Under the pieces are notes generated by a model. The model was not told the origin of the DNA and did no database searches. It was given only the letters and a program-made list of their open reading frames with translations. Below, piece by piece: positions 1 through 11,617 of a stretch of DNA of 64,000 nucleotides (positions within the stretch are counted from its first letter, which is position 1; every line of letters starts with the position of its first letter). This DNA is from Eledone cirrhosa (Eukaryota): assembly GCA_964016885.1 (NCBI GenBank), contig OZ024741.1, forward strand, positions 216,876,001-216,940,000, given 5' to 3'. A program made the position numbers and the translations under genes.

Positions 1-250
1 ATAGATAGGAGAAACAGGAGAAAGTGAAAATTGAGAGAGACAAAGATGAAAACAAAACAAAGGTAGAAGGGTTACCGTAGTGGAGATTTAATCCCAATAT
101 TTCGGGCTCACGCCCATCAACGGGGGAAAGTTCCAAAAGGGGGGGGAAAACAGGCCAAGCGGAGAAAGTTGTGATGTCGTTAAGACAGGAATGCCGTTAT
201 GGGGAGAAAATTATTTAAAATTTAAACGAGGGAGAGAATGCGCGTGCGCG

Positions 251-720
251 TGATAGGCTGTGGCAAAAGCTACTGACCAAATGGGTTAAATCAAGAGGGT
301 GCGCTAGCGTGTGAAAGCCGTAAAATATGTGTGTGTAAATATATATGTGTGTGTAACTGTGTGTGTATATGTGTAAGTGTGTATATGTGTGAGTGTGTGT
401 GTGTGCGAAAGATAGTGGGCTGTAGAAGCTGGAAATCAAAGGGTGTGAAAGGTGGTAGGTTGTAAAACATGTGTGCGTGTATAAATATAGATGTGTGTGT
501 GTGTAAGCGTATGGGTATACATGTGTGTGTAACTGTGTGTGTATATGTGTGAGTGCGTGTGTGTGTGAAAGATAGTGGGCTGTAGAAGCTGGAAATCAAA
601 GGGTGTGAAAGGTGGTAGGTTGTAAAAACATGTGTGCGTGTATAAATATAGATGTGTGTGTGTATGCGTATGGGTATGCATATACGTGCGTGTGTGTGAA
701 AATAGCAGGCCGTAAGGGCT
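251..720. repeat. About 160-bp tandem repeat with (TG)n/(TA)n inserts in the Penelope 3' region
   Basis: GATAGTGGGCTGTAGAAGCTGGAAATCAAAGGGTGTGAAAGG occurs at 411 and 571; diverged units near 251 and 701. Confidence 0.8.
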
Positions 721-737
721 GTGAATGGTCACTATGG

Positions 738-1654
738 TTAAGTTAGCCATGTCAGCTCATTTCTCTCAGCCCGGTTGTTAAGTGGGGGTCTGAGGTTCTT
801 AATAACAAGTGCTTCCTTTATCCTTAAGGATCCGATGCTGCGTTCAGTCGCTAGGACTGTGACCAAGGGTCTACCCTGTGGGTTTCCGCATTTAAGGATG
901 TGTTTACGGAAGGAAGATGCGTTGGTGTTGATATGTTCCTTGATACGAACATGTAGGGGTCGGATGGTGCTACCTATGTAAAACTTGTTACATTTATCGC
1001 ATTGAATCTTATATACGACATGTGCGTAGGCAATCTGCCCCCCGTATCGGGCAGTTGCTGAGGGAACACGTCCCATCTGACTCGTCGGGTTTGTTGGAGA
1101 GGCATCTTCGCAGCGAAGGTCCTGTGGGCCAAATGTATGTCAAGTCCCTCCGTCCGTATGGCCCTGCGGATGGCGTTCGTGGTATATTCACTCAGGTGGG
1201 GGATTTTAAAGAAGCACCTGCTTTTATTTAAGTTTCTAGTGGGTGTCTGTCTATTGGGTCTGGGGTCTCTAATTCCGTTAATCAGTCGCTTGGGATAACC
1301 ATTAGATCTGAGTAGATTACGGAATTGCGTGGTATAGGTGAGACCACCCATCGGGTCGCTGCATCTGTTAGTGATCCGTGTCAGTTCATTTAGGACATAG
1401 CCTCTCTTAGCGTTGTTGGGGAGGGCTGAGTTGTAATGCACAAATAAGTCCTTGCACGCTGCTTTGCGGTAGAAGGTGGTGTTTATGTCTCCTTCTTCCG
1501 AGATGTTGATACGGAAGTCGAGGAGGGCGAGTGACCCGTCTTCTCCTGGGTGTTCGATGGTGAAATCGACGTGATGGTCAGTATCGTTGAAGATTTGGTG
1601 AATTTCATTCGCCATCTCCCGGGAAGAAGTAAGTATCAGGATGTCATCAATATA
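738..1654 (-). pseudogene. Penelope RT/GIY-YIG ORF remnant, frameshifted
   Basis: Split over ORFs 974..1615, 1009..1191 and 738..1076; truncated at the YIDD catalytic motif. Confidence 0.85.
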
Positions 1655-1706
1655 TATTATTCAAAATATTAACAAATGAAGGATATTCACATAATCAAAA
1701 TATATG

Positions 1707-1770
1707 CTTTATAATATATATTTCAAAGGTACTGTGTTGTTTTTTTCAGTACGTCTTCATCAGATAAAAT
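1707..1770 (-). ncRNA. Minimal type I hammerhead ribozyme motif (family 1) in a short non-coding element (about 1655-1830)
   Basis: Minus strand: TTTTAT-CTGATGA-AGACGTACTG-loop-CAGTACCTTT-GAA-ATATATAT-T-ATAAAG; canonical core, palindromic stem III. Confidence 0.75.
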
Positions 1771-2087
1771 ATATGATTTGATATATGACATACCGCTACG
1801 GTCTTGATTATACAATTCCAGTATTGGCAGTGATTTATTTCATCAAATCTCAATGTTTATATACCACAAATAATATGATAAACTTAAAGAAGAAAAGGAC
1901 GTAGAGCAAATTAGAGATATGAGAGAGGGTGTAAATAAGAGGAAAGGCAAGAAAAAATAAATAAATACATACATAAATAGATAAATGAATAAAAAATAAA
2001 AGGATGAATGACTAAAAGAAATATATAAAAAAGAAAAGAGGAATACCGACAAAAGGGGGAAGGTGTAAGGAAAGTAAAGTGAACAGA

Positions 2088-2500
2088 GGCGGGTGGATTG
2101 GCAGTATCGGTAGAGGGTGAGACGCCATGCTTTGCAGTATAGAGTTGCGGCCCTTCAAATCCCGCCGAGGTTAACTTTGCCTTTCATCCTTACGGAGTCG
2201 ATAAAATAAAGTACCTGTAATACACTGGGTAATTTGCTGGCCTTGTGCCAAAAGTTAAAAAAAATTATTATTGTTATTATTAGGGTGGTGGGTTGGCAGT
2301 ATCGGTAGAGGTTCGGACGCCATGCTTTGCAGCATAGAGTTACGGCCCTTTATAATCTGAGTTCAAATCCCGCCGAGGTTAACTTTGCCTTTCATCCTTA
2401 CGCGGTCGATAAAATAAAGTACCAGTCACTCACTGGAGTCGATTTTAATCGACTTTCCCCTCCCCCGAAATTGCAGGCCTTGTGCCTATATAAGAAACTA
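2088..2500 (+). mobile_element. Two tandem copies of tRNA-derived SINE family A
   Basis: A-box-like TGGCAGTATCGG, B-box-like GTTCAAATCC, then CGCCGAGGTTAACTTTGCCTTTCATCCTTACGG.GTCGATAAAATAAAGTACC; many copies across the window. Confidence 0.85.
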
Positions 2501-2519
2501 TTATTATCGTTATTATTGC

Positions 2520-3335
2520 TAATTATATGTTGGTTCAAATTAAGATTTTTACTATTTATTTTTGCTATATTTTGAGCAATATTCATAGTTATTGAATAAG
2601 AAAGTTTAACTGTGTGTCTATTGAAGATAGAGTAATATTTATGTGACCTAGGGAAGCATTTAACCAAAGCTTTAAAAAATAAGTGTGCTACCGGTGTTTT
2701 AATAGCTAAAGATGCTGGCAGAGCATACCAAATTATAGATCTAGTTCTTATTTTTTCCCCCGATTTATTCCTCAAATTGTTGTTTTTATATTCATTTTTA
2801 TTATGATTAGTGTGATTATAATTAATATTATTTTCACTATTTTTTTACTATATACTCAATATTATTGTTATATCCAGCTTTATGTAACGCTTCATTATAA
2901 TATACAGCCTTACTATTAAGTATGGATCTATTAGCAGATAGCCTGGATATTCGTTGTTGTACACTTTTAGGATGATTAGAATAAAAACTAAAATAATTTA
3001 AATTCTCATTGAGTTTATGGATGGGATAATAAAGGCCTGAGTTCAAATTTAGAGTCACGTCTAAAAAATAACTATTTTATTATTATTTTCTGCTTCTAAT
3101 TTCAAGTCGTAATTTTTAAAAAATTCTATAATTACTTTCTTTACTCTATTTAATTCGCTATTATTATGTTTTTCTACAATAAATAGTATGTCGTCTCTAT
3201 ATAAACCTGCGGTAATCTCCGGCAGTTTTCTATTTATCATATTAAGGATAAAAATGCCCACAAGATCCGTAACTTGCGCCGAATCAGACGAAACCATAGT
3301 AATGTCAAAATTCTTCTGTCTATCCGATCTAGTCC
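2520..3335 (-). pseudogene. Degraded Penelope-like RT fragment (GLYRDD type)
   Basis: Minus ORFs give VSSDSAQVTDLVG, GLYRDDIL, TLNLNSGLYYP, YSNHP, IIWY, IFNRHTVKLSYS, with stops and frameshifts. Confidence 0.8.
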
Positions 3336-4517
3336 ATATATATATATATAATTTTTTTGATTTTTTTAGTTAATTCTATTGACTGGTTAATAGCTGAGGT
3401 TTATCTTACAAACTATTCTGTCGAGAGCTTAATTCGTTTTGTGATATTTTGAAATTTTGTAATAACCACACATACTGAATTCATCCGCCAAAACTAGGGC
3501 TTTTCTCCCTTTTGAGTCCGCACGTATGTTCAGATAACGGCGAGACCCGTAGCTTGGCACAGAACAAAATACCTGTTGAAAAAGCGACATCCTAGTTCGA
3601 TCATCATACCAAAAGCTTAGCATTATTTGTTTAAGCAGACAGATTTAGGAGTTGCAGAAACCCTACACCGGATTTTACCACCAGTTCCGAATGGTCCGGG
3701 TAAATTTTTAAGGGGGTACTTCCTTATATGGGAAGATTGTAGTTGTCAAGAGTATTGGTTAAAATTTGTTGTAAACACAAATAAGTCTATCATGCAATTT
3801 GGTGGGAGGTAGGGGTGGCTGAACTTGCCTGTAGAACAATAGGGGGGTGAGTGGAGCCGGTCAAGCGTTGAAAGTGATATGTATACAGCAGATTCTAAGG
3901 ATAGTGAATGAAATGGAGGAGGGAGGTTATAGAATAGGTAAATCGAATGAGAGTAGGAGACAATAAAAGATAATAGATAATGGTCCATCTGGTTCCTTCC
4001 CACAATTCCTTCGAGCTAATTCCATTGTAAAAGAATTCATTACCTTATTAATATAACTGCCCCTAGTCTGAGCTGAAAGCCGCCTCATATATACGACTGT
4101 TATTTTTAGCAGTACGGTTATGAGACTAGCTAGATACTGTTAAACCATGTGCGTCACGCAGTCTTTTAAATTATTTAGAAGTGAAGCATATCAATTTGTC
4201 CCTGGATGTTTACTGAGGAGAGCAGGACATGATATTCCTACACTTATTTATCTCGAAACATATTTGGATTTTAAAGTTTAAACTTATCTACGGAACAGGT
4301 TTGATTTTGAAATTTAAATGTGTCTAAACATCATAGCCTTTTGGCAATGCAGTTCGTCTTTGTTGATTTATTATTTTAAATCGATATGGACAAACTGTAG
4401 TATAATAATTAGTATACTTCAATCTGGCTAAATTTTCTTTTGCAATATATATACAGATGTGTTGGTATCTGTGTTTCATCACATACATATTAGTTTATAT
4501 ATATATATATATATATA

Positions 4518-4612
4518 TAGTAATAATAATAAATTTGAAGGCTAAAATCCAAAGAGGGCTCGATAAGGATAAATATATATCAATTATATGAACCGGAGAG
4601 CAAATATTTATT
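4518..4612. repeat. Short dispersed repeat next to (TA)n (second copy about 32612-32706)
   Basis: TAGTAATAATAATAAATTTGAAG.CTAAAATCCAAAGAGGGCTCGATAAGGATAAATATATATCAA is shared by both loci. Confidence 0.75.
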
Positions 4613-4686
4613 TGGGTGAAAGCAGCGATTCTTTGCTTAAACTTTAATCTGTTATTTTAATAAATATATATATATAACGAAGGACA

Positions 4687-4851
4687 TGTGGTAAGGAACC
4701 AGATGGACCATAACGCACCAAAGTACTCAATACTTAGGGTAGTAGAGTGGGTAATAGGAACGAGTAGGACCCCGATGGCTGAGCTCAAGAAGTCCAGAAT
4801 TAGCCGTCGAAACGGCTTGAGCTCAGCCGTCGGGGTCCTACTCGTTCCTAT
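4687..4851 (+). mobile_element. Short hairpin-terminated element (second copy 36351-36530)
   Basis: Shared head TGTGGTAAGGAACCAG..CCATAACGCACCA.AGTA.TC.ATACTTAGGGTAGTAGAGTG; about 35-bp inverted arms at 4755-4790 and 4816-4850; ends in (TA)n. Confidence 0.7.
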
Positions 4852-5050
4852 ATATATATATATGCACAAATAGACACATATATATGTATATATATACAGT
4901 ATATATATATATTTAAAGGTTAAACAAGGTTCAATGAATAAATCAATGAATAAAGTTTTACAATAGATTAGAATCACTCCACAGTATGGTTTTCCGGATT
5001 TATTAATATTAATATTAATATTAATATTTCCGGAGTTATTAATATTAAAA

Positions 5051-5228
5051 GGGCGGTGAATTGGCAGTATCGGTAGAGGGTCGGACATGCTTTCCAGCAT
5101 AGTTACGCCCCTTTACGATCTGAGTTCAAATCCGGCCGAGGTTAACTTTGCCTTTCATCCTTACGGGGTCGATAAAATGAAGCACCAGTAATGTACTGGT
5201 GAATAGCTGGCCTTGTGCCTAAAATAGA
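5051..5228 (+). mobile_element. SINE family A
   Basis: Same A/B boxes and body as the 2088 copy. Confidence 0.85.
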
Positions 5229-5255
5229 AAGAAAGAAAAAAAGTTATTAATATTG

Positions 5256-5768
<513 letters not shown>

Positions 5769-5894
5769 CTGTGTGTGTGTATTTATTTGTGTTCAGAAGA
5801 CCCAATCCGGATTTCACGAAATATCTTTGTCACATAACTTTGTATTTTTGTGTGACGTCAGAATTAATATTTATCAAGTGACAGTTGTTATAAT

Positions 5895-5923
5895 AGCTAG
5901 TACTACTACCATTGTTATCATAG

Positions 5924-5970
<47 letters not shown>

Positions 5971-6095
5971 GCTACTACTACTACTACTACTACTGCTACT
6001 ATAGCTAGCAGTGTGGAATAATTACAATTGTATATTGCAACACCTTTTAAAATGGTGGAACTATTTCTGTCTTGATGATAATGTTTGTTGGTATG

Positions 6096-6132
<37 letters not shown>

Positions 6133-6478
6133 GGTGGTGGGGTGGTGTTGTTATTGTTGGTGGTGGTGGTGGGGTGGTGTTGTTATTGTTGGTGGTGGTG
6201 GTTGAGGCGATGTTGTTCGTGGTGATATTGGTGGAGGCGGTGGTGTTCGTGGTGGTGCTGGTGGTGGAGTGATACTTGGGGTTGGGCTGTTCTTAGTGTT
6301 GGTGGTGTTGGTGGTGGTGGTGCTGGTGGTGGTGGTGGTGTTGGTGTTGGTGATGGTGTTGGTGGTGGTGGTGGTGTTGGTGGTTGGTCGTGCTGGTGGT
6401 GTTGTTGGTGGTAGTGGTGGTGTTGGTGGTTGGTCGTGCTATTTTTAATTATGGAAGTGTTGTTTTTATTGTTGTTTT

Positions 6479-6509
<31 letters not shown>

Positions 6510-7301
6510 GGAGTTGTTGATGTTGGTGGTGGTGGTGGTGGTTGAGGTGGTAGTGGTGTTGGTGGTCGTCGTCGTTGTTGTGCTGGTGGTGTCGGTGGTG
6601 CTGGTGTTGGTGGTGGTGTGATCCTGGTGGTGTTGGTGGTGGTCGTTGTCGTTGTGCTGGTGGTGGTGGTGGTGCTGGCGGTGGTGTCGGTGGTGCTGGT
6701 GGTGGTGGTGGTGGTGGTGGTGGTGGTGGTGGTGGTGGTGGTGGTGGTGGTGTCGGTGGTGCTGGTGGTGGTGGTGGTGCTGGTGGTGGTGGTGGTGTTG
6801 GTGGTGGTCGTCGTCGTTGTGCTGGTGGTGGTGGTGGTGCTGGTGGTGGTGGTGGTGCTGGTGGTGGTGCTGGTGGTGGTGTCGGTGGTGCTGGTGGTGG
6901 TGGTGGTGGTGGTGGTGTTGGTGGTGCTGGTGCTAGTGGTGGTGGTGGTGTTGGTGCAGATGCTGGTGGTGCTGGTGGTAGTGGTGTTGTTGGTGGTGGT
7001 GCAGGTGGTGGTCATGCTGGTGGTGTTGTTGGTGGTGGTGCTGGTGGTGGTGGTGCTGGTGGTGTTGGTGGTGCTGGTGGTGCTGGTGGTGTTGGTGGTG
7101 CTGGTGGTGGTGGTGCTGGTGGTGCTGGTGGTGGTTGTGGTGGTGTTGCTGGTGCTGGTGGTGTGGTGGTGGTGTTGGTAGTGGTGGTGCTGGTGGTAGT
7201 GATGGTGTTGGTGGTGGTGCAGGTGGTGGTCATTCTGGTGGTGTTGGTGGTGCTGGTGATAGTGGTGTTGGTGGTGGTGGTGGTGGTGGTGGTGGTGGTG
7301 G

Positions 7302-7332
<31 letters not shown>

Positions 7333-7355
7333 ACTGGTGGTGGTGGTGGTGGTAG
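5895..7355. repeat. Trinucleotide mosaic low-complexity tract ((ACT)n, (GGT)n, (TGC)n, (GTT)n)
   Basis: Directly visible; produces homopolymeric V/G/W/T/P ORFs in several frames. Confidence 0.9.
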
Positions 7356-7414
7356 ATTGACATCATCGGTACAGTCTCGGACAATATACTTTGTGAATAT
7401 TTGATTTCAACTTT

Positions 7415-8060
7415 CTACGTTCCGAGTTCAAATCCCGCCGAGGCTAGTTTTACCTTTCATCCTTACGGGATCGATATAATAAAGTAACAGTAATGCACTG
7501 AAGTCGATTTAATTGACATTTTCCTTCCCCAAATTCGTTGACCTTGTGCCTAAATCCTGGCGTTTGTAGCACATAGTTACGGCCCTTTACATTCTGAGTT
7601 CAAATCATACCGATGTTTTCTTTGCCTTTCATCCTTACGGGGTCGATCGATAAAATAAAGTACCAGTAACATACTGGGGTCGATTTTATCGACTTTCCAC
7701 TCCCCCAAAGTGTTGTCCTTGTGTTTACATCAAAAATTAATATTAGCCTTTCATCCTTACGGAGTCGATAAAATAAAGTACCAGTCTCGCACTAGGGTCG
7801 ATTAAATCGACTTTCCCCTCCCCCAAAATTGTTGGTCTTGTGCCTATATAAGAAACCATTATTTTGTTGACAAGGATGGTGAGTTGGTAGCAACATTAGA
7901 TCACCGAATGAAATACTTTGTGGCATTTATTTACAGCCGTTCTGACATTGCGTATCATTTGCCGGGGTTGATGAAATATAGTACCAGTTAATAACTGGAG
8001 TCGATATAATCGACTTTCTCCTTCGCCCAAAATTGCTGACCTTTAACCAATATTAGAAAT
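7415..8060 (+). mobile_element. Cluster of 5'-truncated SINE family A copies
   Basis: CCTTTCATCCTTACGG..TCGAT..AATAAAGTA..CAGTA..CACT....TCGATT....GAC.TT.CC repeated four times. Confidence 0.8.
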
Positions 8061-8490
8061 AATTGCCTGGTGTCCCATAGCGAAAGATGTTGTGTGGTAG
8101 ACACACTTGAAAGTGTTGAGAACCGACCCATTCCTCTTTGGCGAAGATGAATGGATAACATTTTTCAGGTTTCACTTGAAGAAGATTTTAACTCCCCACC
8201 TCTCTGAATAAATGAGACCGCCATCCTTAAGCAATGCTCAGTTTCGTCCTTCAACTGATTTTAAATAGCTATTATGGTTTCTGCCGTGGCTAAAGTAGAC
8301 CAACATATATTTAGTAACATTTTTATACGGTTTTATTTTTTAAGATCCTTCAAACTGGTGCAGTTTATCTTAGTAAAAATAAATTTACAATCAAATTAGT
8401 AAGAAACTCTCATGAGAGATGGACAGCAGAAAGTTTTCAGAATAGAAGCCCCCACTTAAGAAATTGGTTCTGCCGCTTTTGTACCGGTAA

Positions 8491-8830
8491 ATCTTCTTCT
8501 TCTTCTTCTTTAAATATTTAGATCTTTAAATCTGTTCGAAACCCAACTGAATCATCTACAGATTACAAGGTAGAGAGAAGGTCTAGAAGTTCGCCAACTT
8601 ATTCATTTCATGAGAAAGTCATGGAGGCAGAGTCATCAAACACGCTTCCCAGCGGGTCCTGTCGAAAACAACCGTCTCCAACTAATCCAGCTTGATTCCC
8701 AAGCGAGACCAGCCAAGCTCATGAGCGTTATCCAACCACCTTCATCGGGGTCTACCCAAGGGTCTCCTGTCGAATGGGTTTTGCTTGTAAATCTGTCCAC
8801 TGATTCTTTCCATGAATGGTACAAAACATA
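8491..8830 (-). mobile_element. RTE-clade (Rex3/Expander-like) LINE 3' fragment with (GAA)n tail
   Basis: Minus frame RRPLGRPR*RWLDNAHELGWSRLGI..DRTRWEACLMTLPP, then a 3' UTR ending in (GAA)n. Confidence 0.8.
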
Positions 8831-8937
8831 TTATAGTAATGGTGTTGTGAGGAAATGTAAGCTTCATTCCGAAACAGGAATTAAATGTACAAAGACATCT
8901 CTATTATTGATTATAATCAAGTTTCAAAAATAGAGGA

Positions 8938-9230
8938 AAGGTGCGTGACTTACGGGTTAGATGATCGTAATGTCATGAGTTCGATTCACGGTGAGCCTTT
9001 TGTCCCTAGAGTCGGACACCATGCTTTGCAGCATAGTGTTACGTCTCTTTATGATCTGAGTTCAAATCCCGCCGAGGTTAACTTTGCCTTTCATCTTTAC
9101 GGTGTCGATAAAATAAAGTACCAGTAATGTAATGGTTAATTGCTGGCCTTGTGCCAAAAGTAGAAACAATTATTTCTGGTTGCTCCAGTTGACTCAGCTG
9201 TAAAAAGTATAATGAGTTTTACCTGTAATC
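8938..9230 (+). mobile_element. SINE family B interrupted by a nested family A SINE (about 9010-9172)
   Basis: Head with GAGTTCGATTC; body resumes TGCTCCAGTTGACTCAGCTGTA after the inserted copy; matches the minus-strand element at 61190-61520. Confidence 0.65.
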
Positions 9231-9529
9231 TTATTGGCCAACTTTTTCACACAGTGTCACGCTTAATCTCCCTGGGTGGTGATGCTTTAAGAGTACACAT
9301 GTTTATGGAATGCTCAGCTACTTTCATGCTAATTTCTTGGGCAGACAAATCCGTTTAACAAAGAGCTATAGCACTCGTCGTTAGAACCGACGGAGGTCCT
9401 ATAAAGAAACACTAAAGGAGATGGGACCTCCTGGCTATAGATGTCGGCAGCAGGAAACTATATAATATACTTAATTCTTACAACATACTTTGTACAGTTT
9501 ACATTAATTATGGCTTATTTGAACATATG

Positions 9530-9990
9530 TCCTGAAGATATGACCTGAAGATCCATCTCTTCATCACTACAGTGGAGTCTGTGCTGCTGTACAAGTCTGA
9601 CACTTGGACACTGACCAAGAAACTCTCTCAGATGGTGGATGAGTGCTACACGAAAATGCTGAGGATGGCTCTGAACATTAATCAGTATACACAGTATACC
9701 CAAAAGTCAGCTCGAAAGTAACACAGAGGAGACTGAGGTTAGCTGGACATGCTCACCGATATTCAGAGTTGACACTGTACTCAGTGCTCCTGTGGGAGCC
9801 CCTGCATGGACACACTGGAAGAGGAAGACTGAGGTTGACATATGTTGATGCCCTCAGGACTCACACCGGTCTCTTGGAGACGCAGGACATGGCAGCGATG
9901 ATGAGGGAGAGAAACCGCTGGAGAGAACTCGTCCATGGATCTCGGGAATTTTACCCGCCCTAGATAGATAGATAGATAGATAGATAGATA
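9530..9990 (+). mobile_element. RTE-clade LINE 3' fragment with (TAGA)n tail
   Basis: LKIHLFITTVESVLLYKSDTWTLTK..CYTKMLRMALNI, RRLRLAGH, GRGRLRLTYVD, RNRWRELV; the stop codon runs directly into (TAGA)n. Confidence 0.85.
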
Positions 9991-10009
9991 TTTAACATTA
10001 ATATAACCA

Positions 10010-10332
<323 letters not shown>

Positions 10333-10457
10333 TATATTTAATTTGTTGGGATACAACAAGCCAAATATTTTTATAACTGATATAAAGCACTCAACAAATT
10401 ATTGGAGTAAATATACAATATATTAACAAATGGAAACTATATTTATAAAACCATATT

Positions 10458-10523
10458 TATTTCATTATACATATTTCAAGGGCCACCAGAGAAAACTATG
10501 GTGCGTTTTCATCAGATAAAATA
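10458..10523 (-). ncRNA. Hammerhead ribozyme motif (family 1, diverged copy)
   Basis: Minus strand: TATTTTAT-CTGATGA-AAACGCACCA-loop-TGGTGGCCCTT-GAAA-TATGTA-TA-ATGAAATA. Confidence 0.7.
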
Positions 10524-10576
10524 TAATATAAGTTAGTTTTATAAATAAATATTGACATACCCTTAAAACTCAGATT

Positions 10577-10675
<99 letters not shown>

Positions 10676-10914
10676 TGTGTGTGTGTGTAATCTGAGTTTT
10701 TCGGATATTAATAATAACATTCGATTCGTTTGCAATTATGCAAACAAGCCTCAATTTTATAGCCATGTCAGTAGAATGAACCCTTCATTCTTGCTCTTGT
10801 GTTGGAATGTGAACAGAACTGCAGACACTAATGTTTCTGGATATCACCCTTCATCAGTGCAGCTCACTGTTCACCTGCCAAACTGTCAGAGCTAGTGAAA
10901 ATATATGCTATTTT

Positions 10915-11550
10915 TGTCCACCTTCAGATCTGGACCAAACCAGACCCCGAGCAATTTCACCGGTCCTTCCGTCCAGCGTCCAACGACGCTGTCGTCCGGC
11001 ATGGGTTTGTCTCTCCATGAGTTGAAAACCGACAGGCTTGTTCGGGTTTAGTCTTGCTCCTGTCAACGTTTCGTATTCCTGTAATAAGTTCCGATCACCC
11101 CGATTTCCGAGGTTTTCGACACCATTATAGGCCGACGCTGCTTTTCGCAATGATGGTTCGATTCGGATGCCCTGCAATAGCAGTAATGGCTCAAGAGTCA
11201 ATACATACAGAATGGAGGAGAGAGGGTCCTTGACGGATGGAACGCATGATTTGGAATGGCTCCGATTAGGTAGCCACAAGGTTCTCGAGTACGAGCGCCA
11301 ACCTCGTTGCTAACACCTTGGCCAAAATCTTCAACTCTGTGTTGAACTTTTGTTCTCATCTTTCCTGGTCAGCGTTACTACATCTCTGCTTACATAATTA
11401 GGAATTCTCTCGTTCTGTTGCCAGTTGCAGTAGACCACTTTGAGGACCTCAGAGAACCAGTCTGGTATGCCTATGTAAAACTCAATAGGGTAGACCATCT
11501 ATACCGGGTGATTTGCGTTTCCCACAGTGGCCTAGGATGTCTTCTATTTG
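10915..11550 (-). pseudogene. Old, internally deleted Tx1 ORF2 relic (copy D)
   Basis: QIEDILGHCGKRKSPGIDGLPY, KILAKVLA, PLSSILYVLTLEPL and YETLTGARLN are collinear with ORF2 of the neighbouring copies, with large gaps. Confidence 0.85.
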
Positions 11551-11617
11551 ATAGATAGATATATTTCTTTATTTACCATAAAGGCATAAAAAGGAGGGAC
11601 AAATACAAAGGGGGAGT

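Larger units (their letters stand above)
1..1654 (-). mobile_element. 5'-truncated Penelope-like element (RT C-terminus, GIY-YIG endonuclease, repetitive 3' region)
   Basis: Minus strand reads YIDDILIL (starts about 1654), EHPGEDGSLALLDF, FYRK, NGYP, then YKIQCDKCNKFYIGST..R..EH and EALVIKNLRPPLN, the GIY-YIG C-terminal domain typical of Penelope elements. Confidence 0.9.

Noticed and set aside
5895-7404. Gly-, Val- or Thr/Pro-rich ORFs as a second structural gene
   Set aside because: Frames break repeatedly; no unique domain or convincing splice sites.
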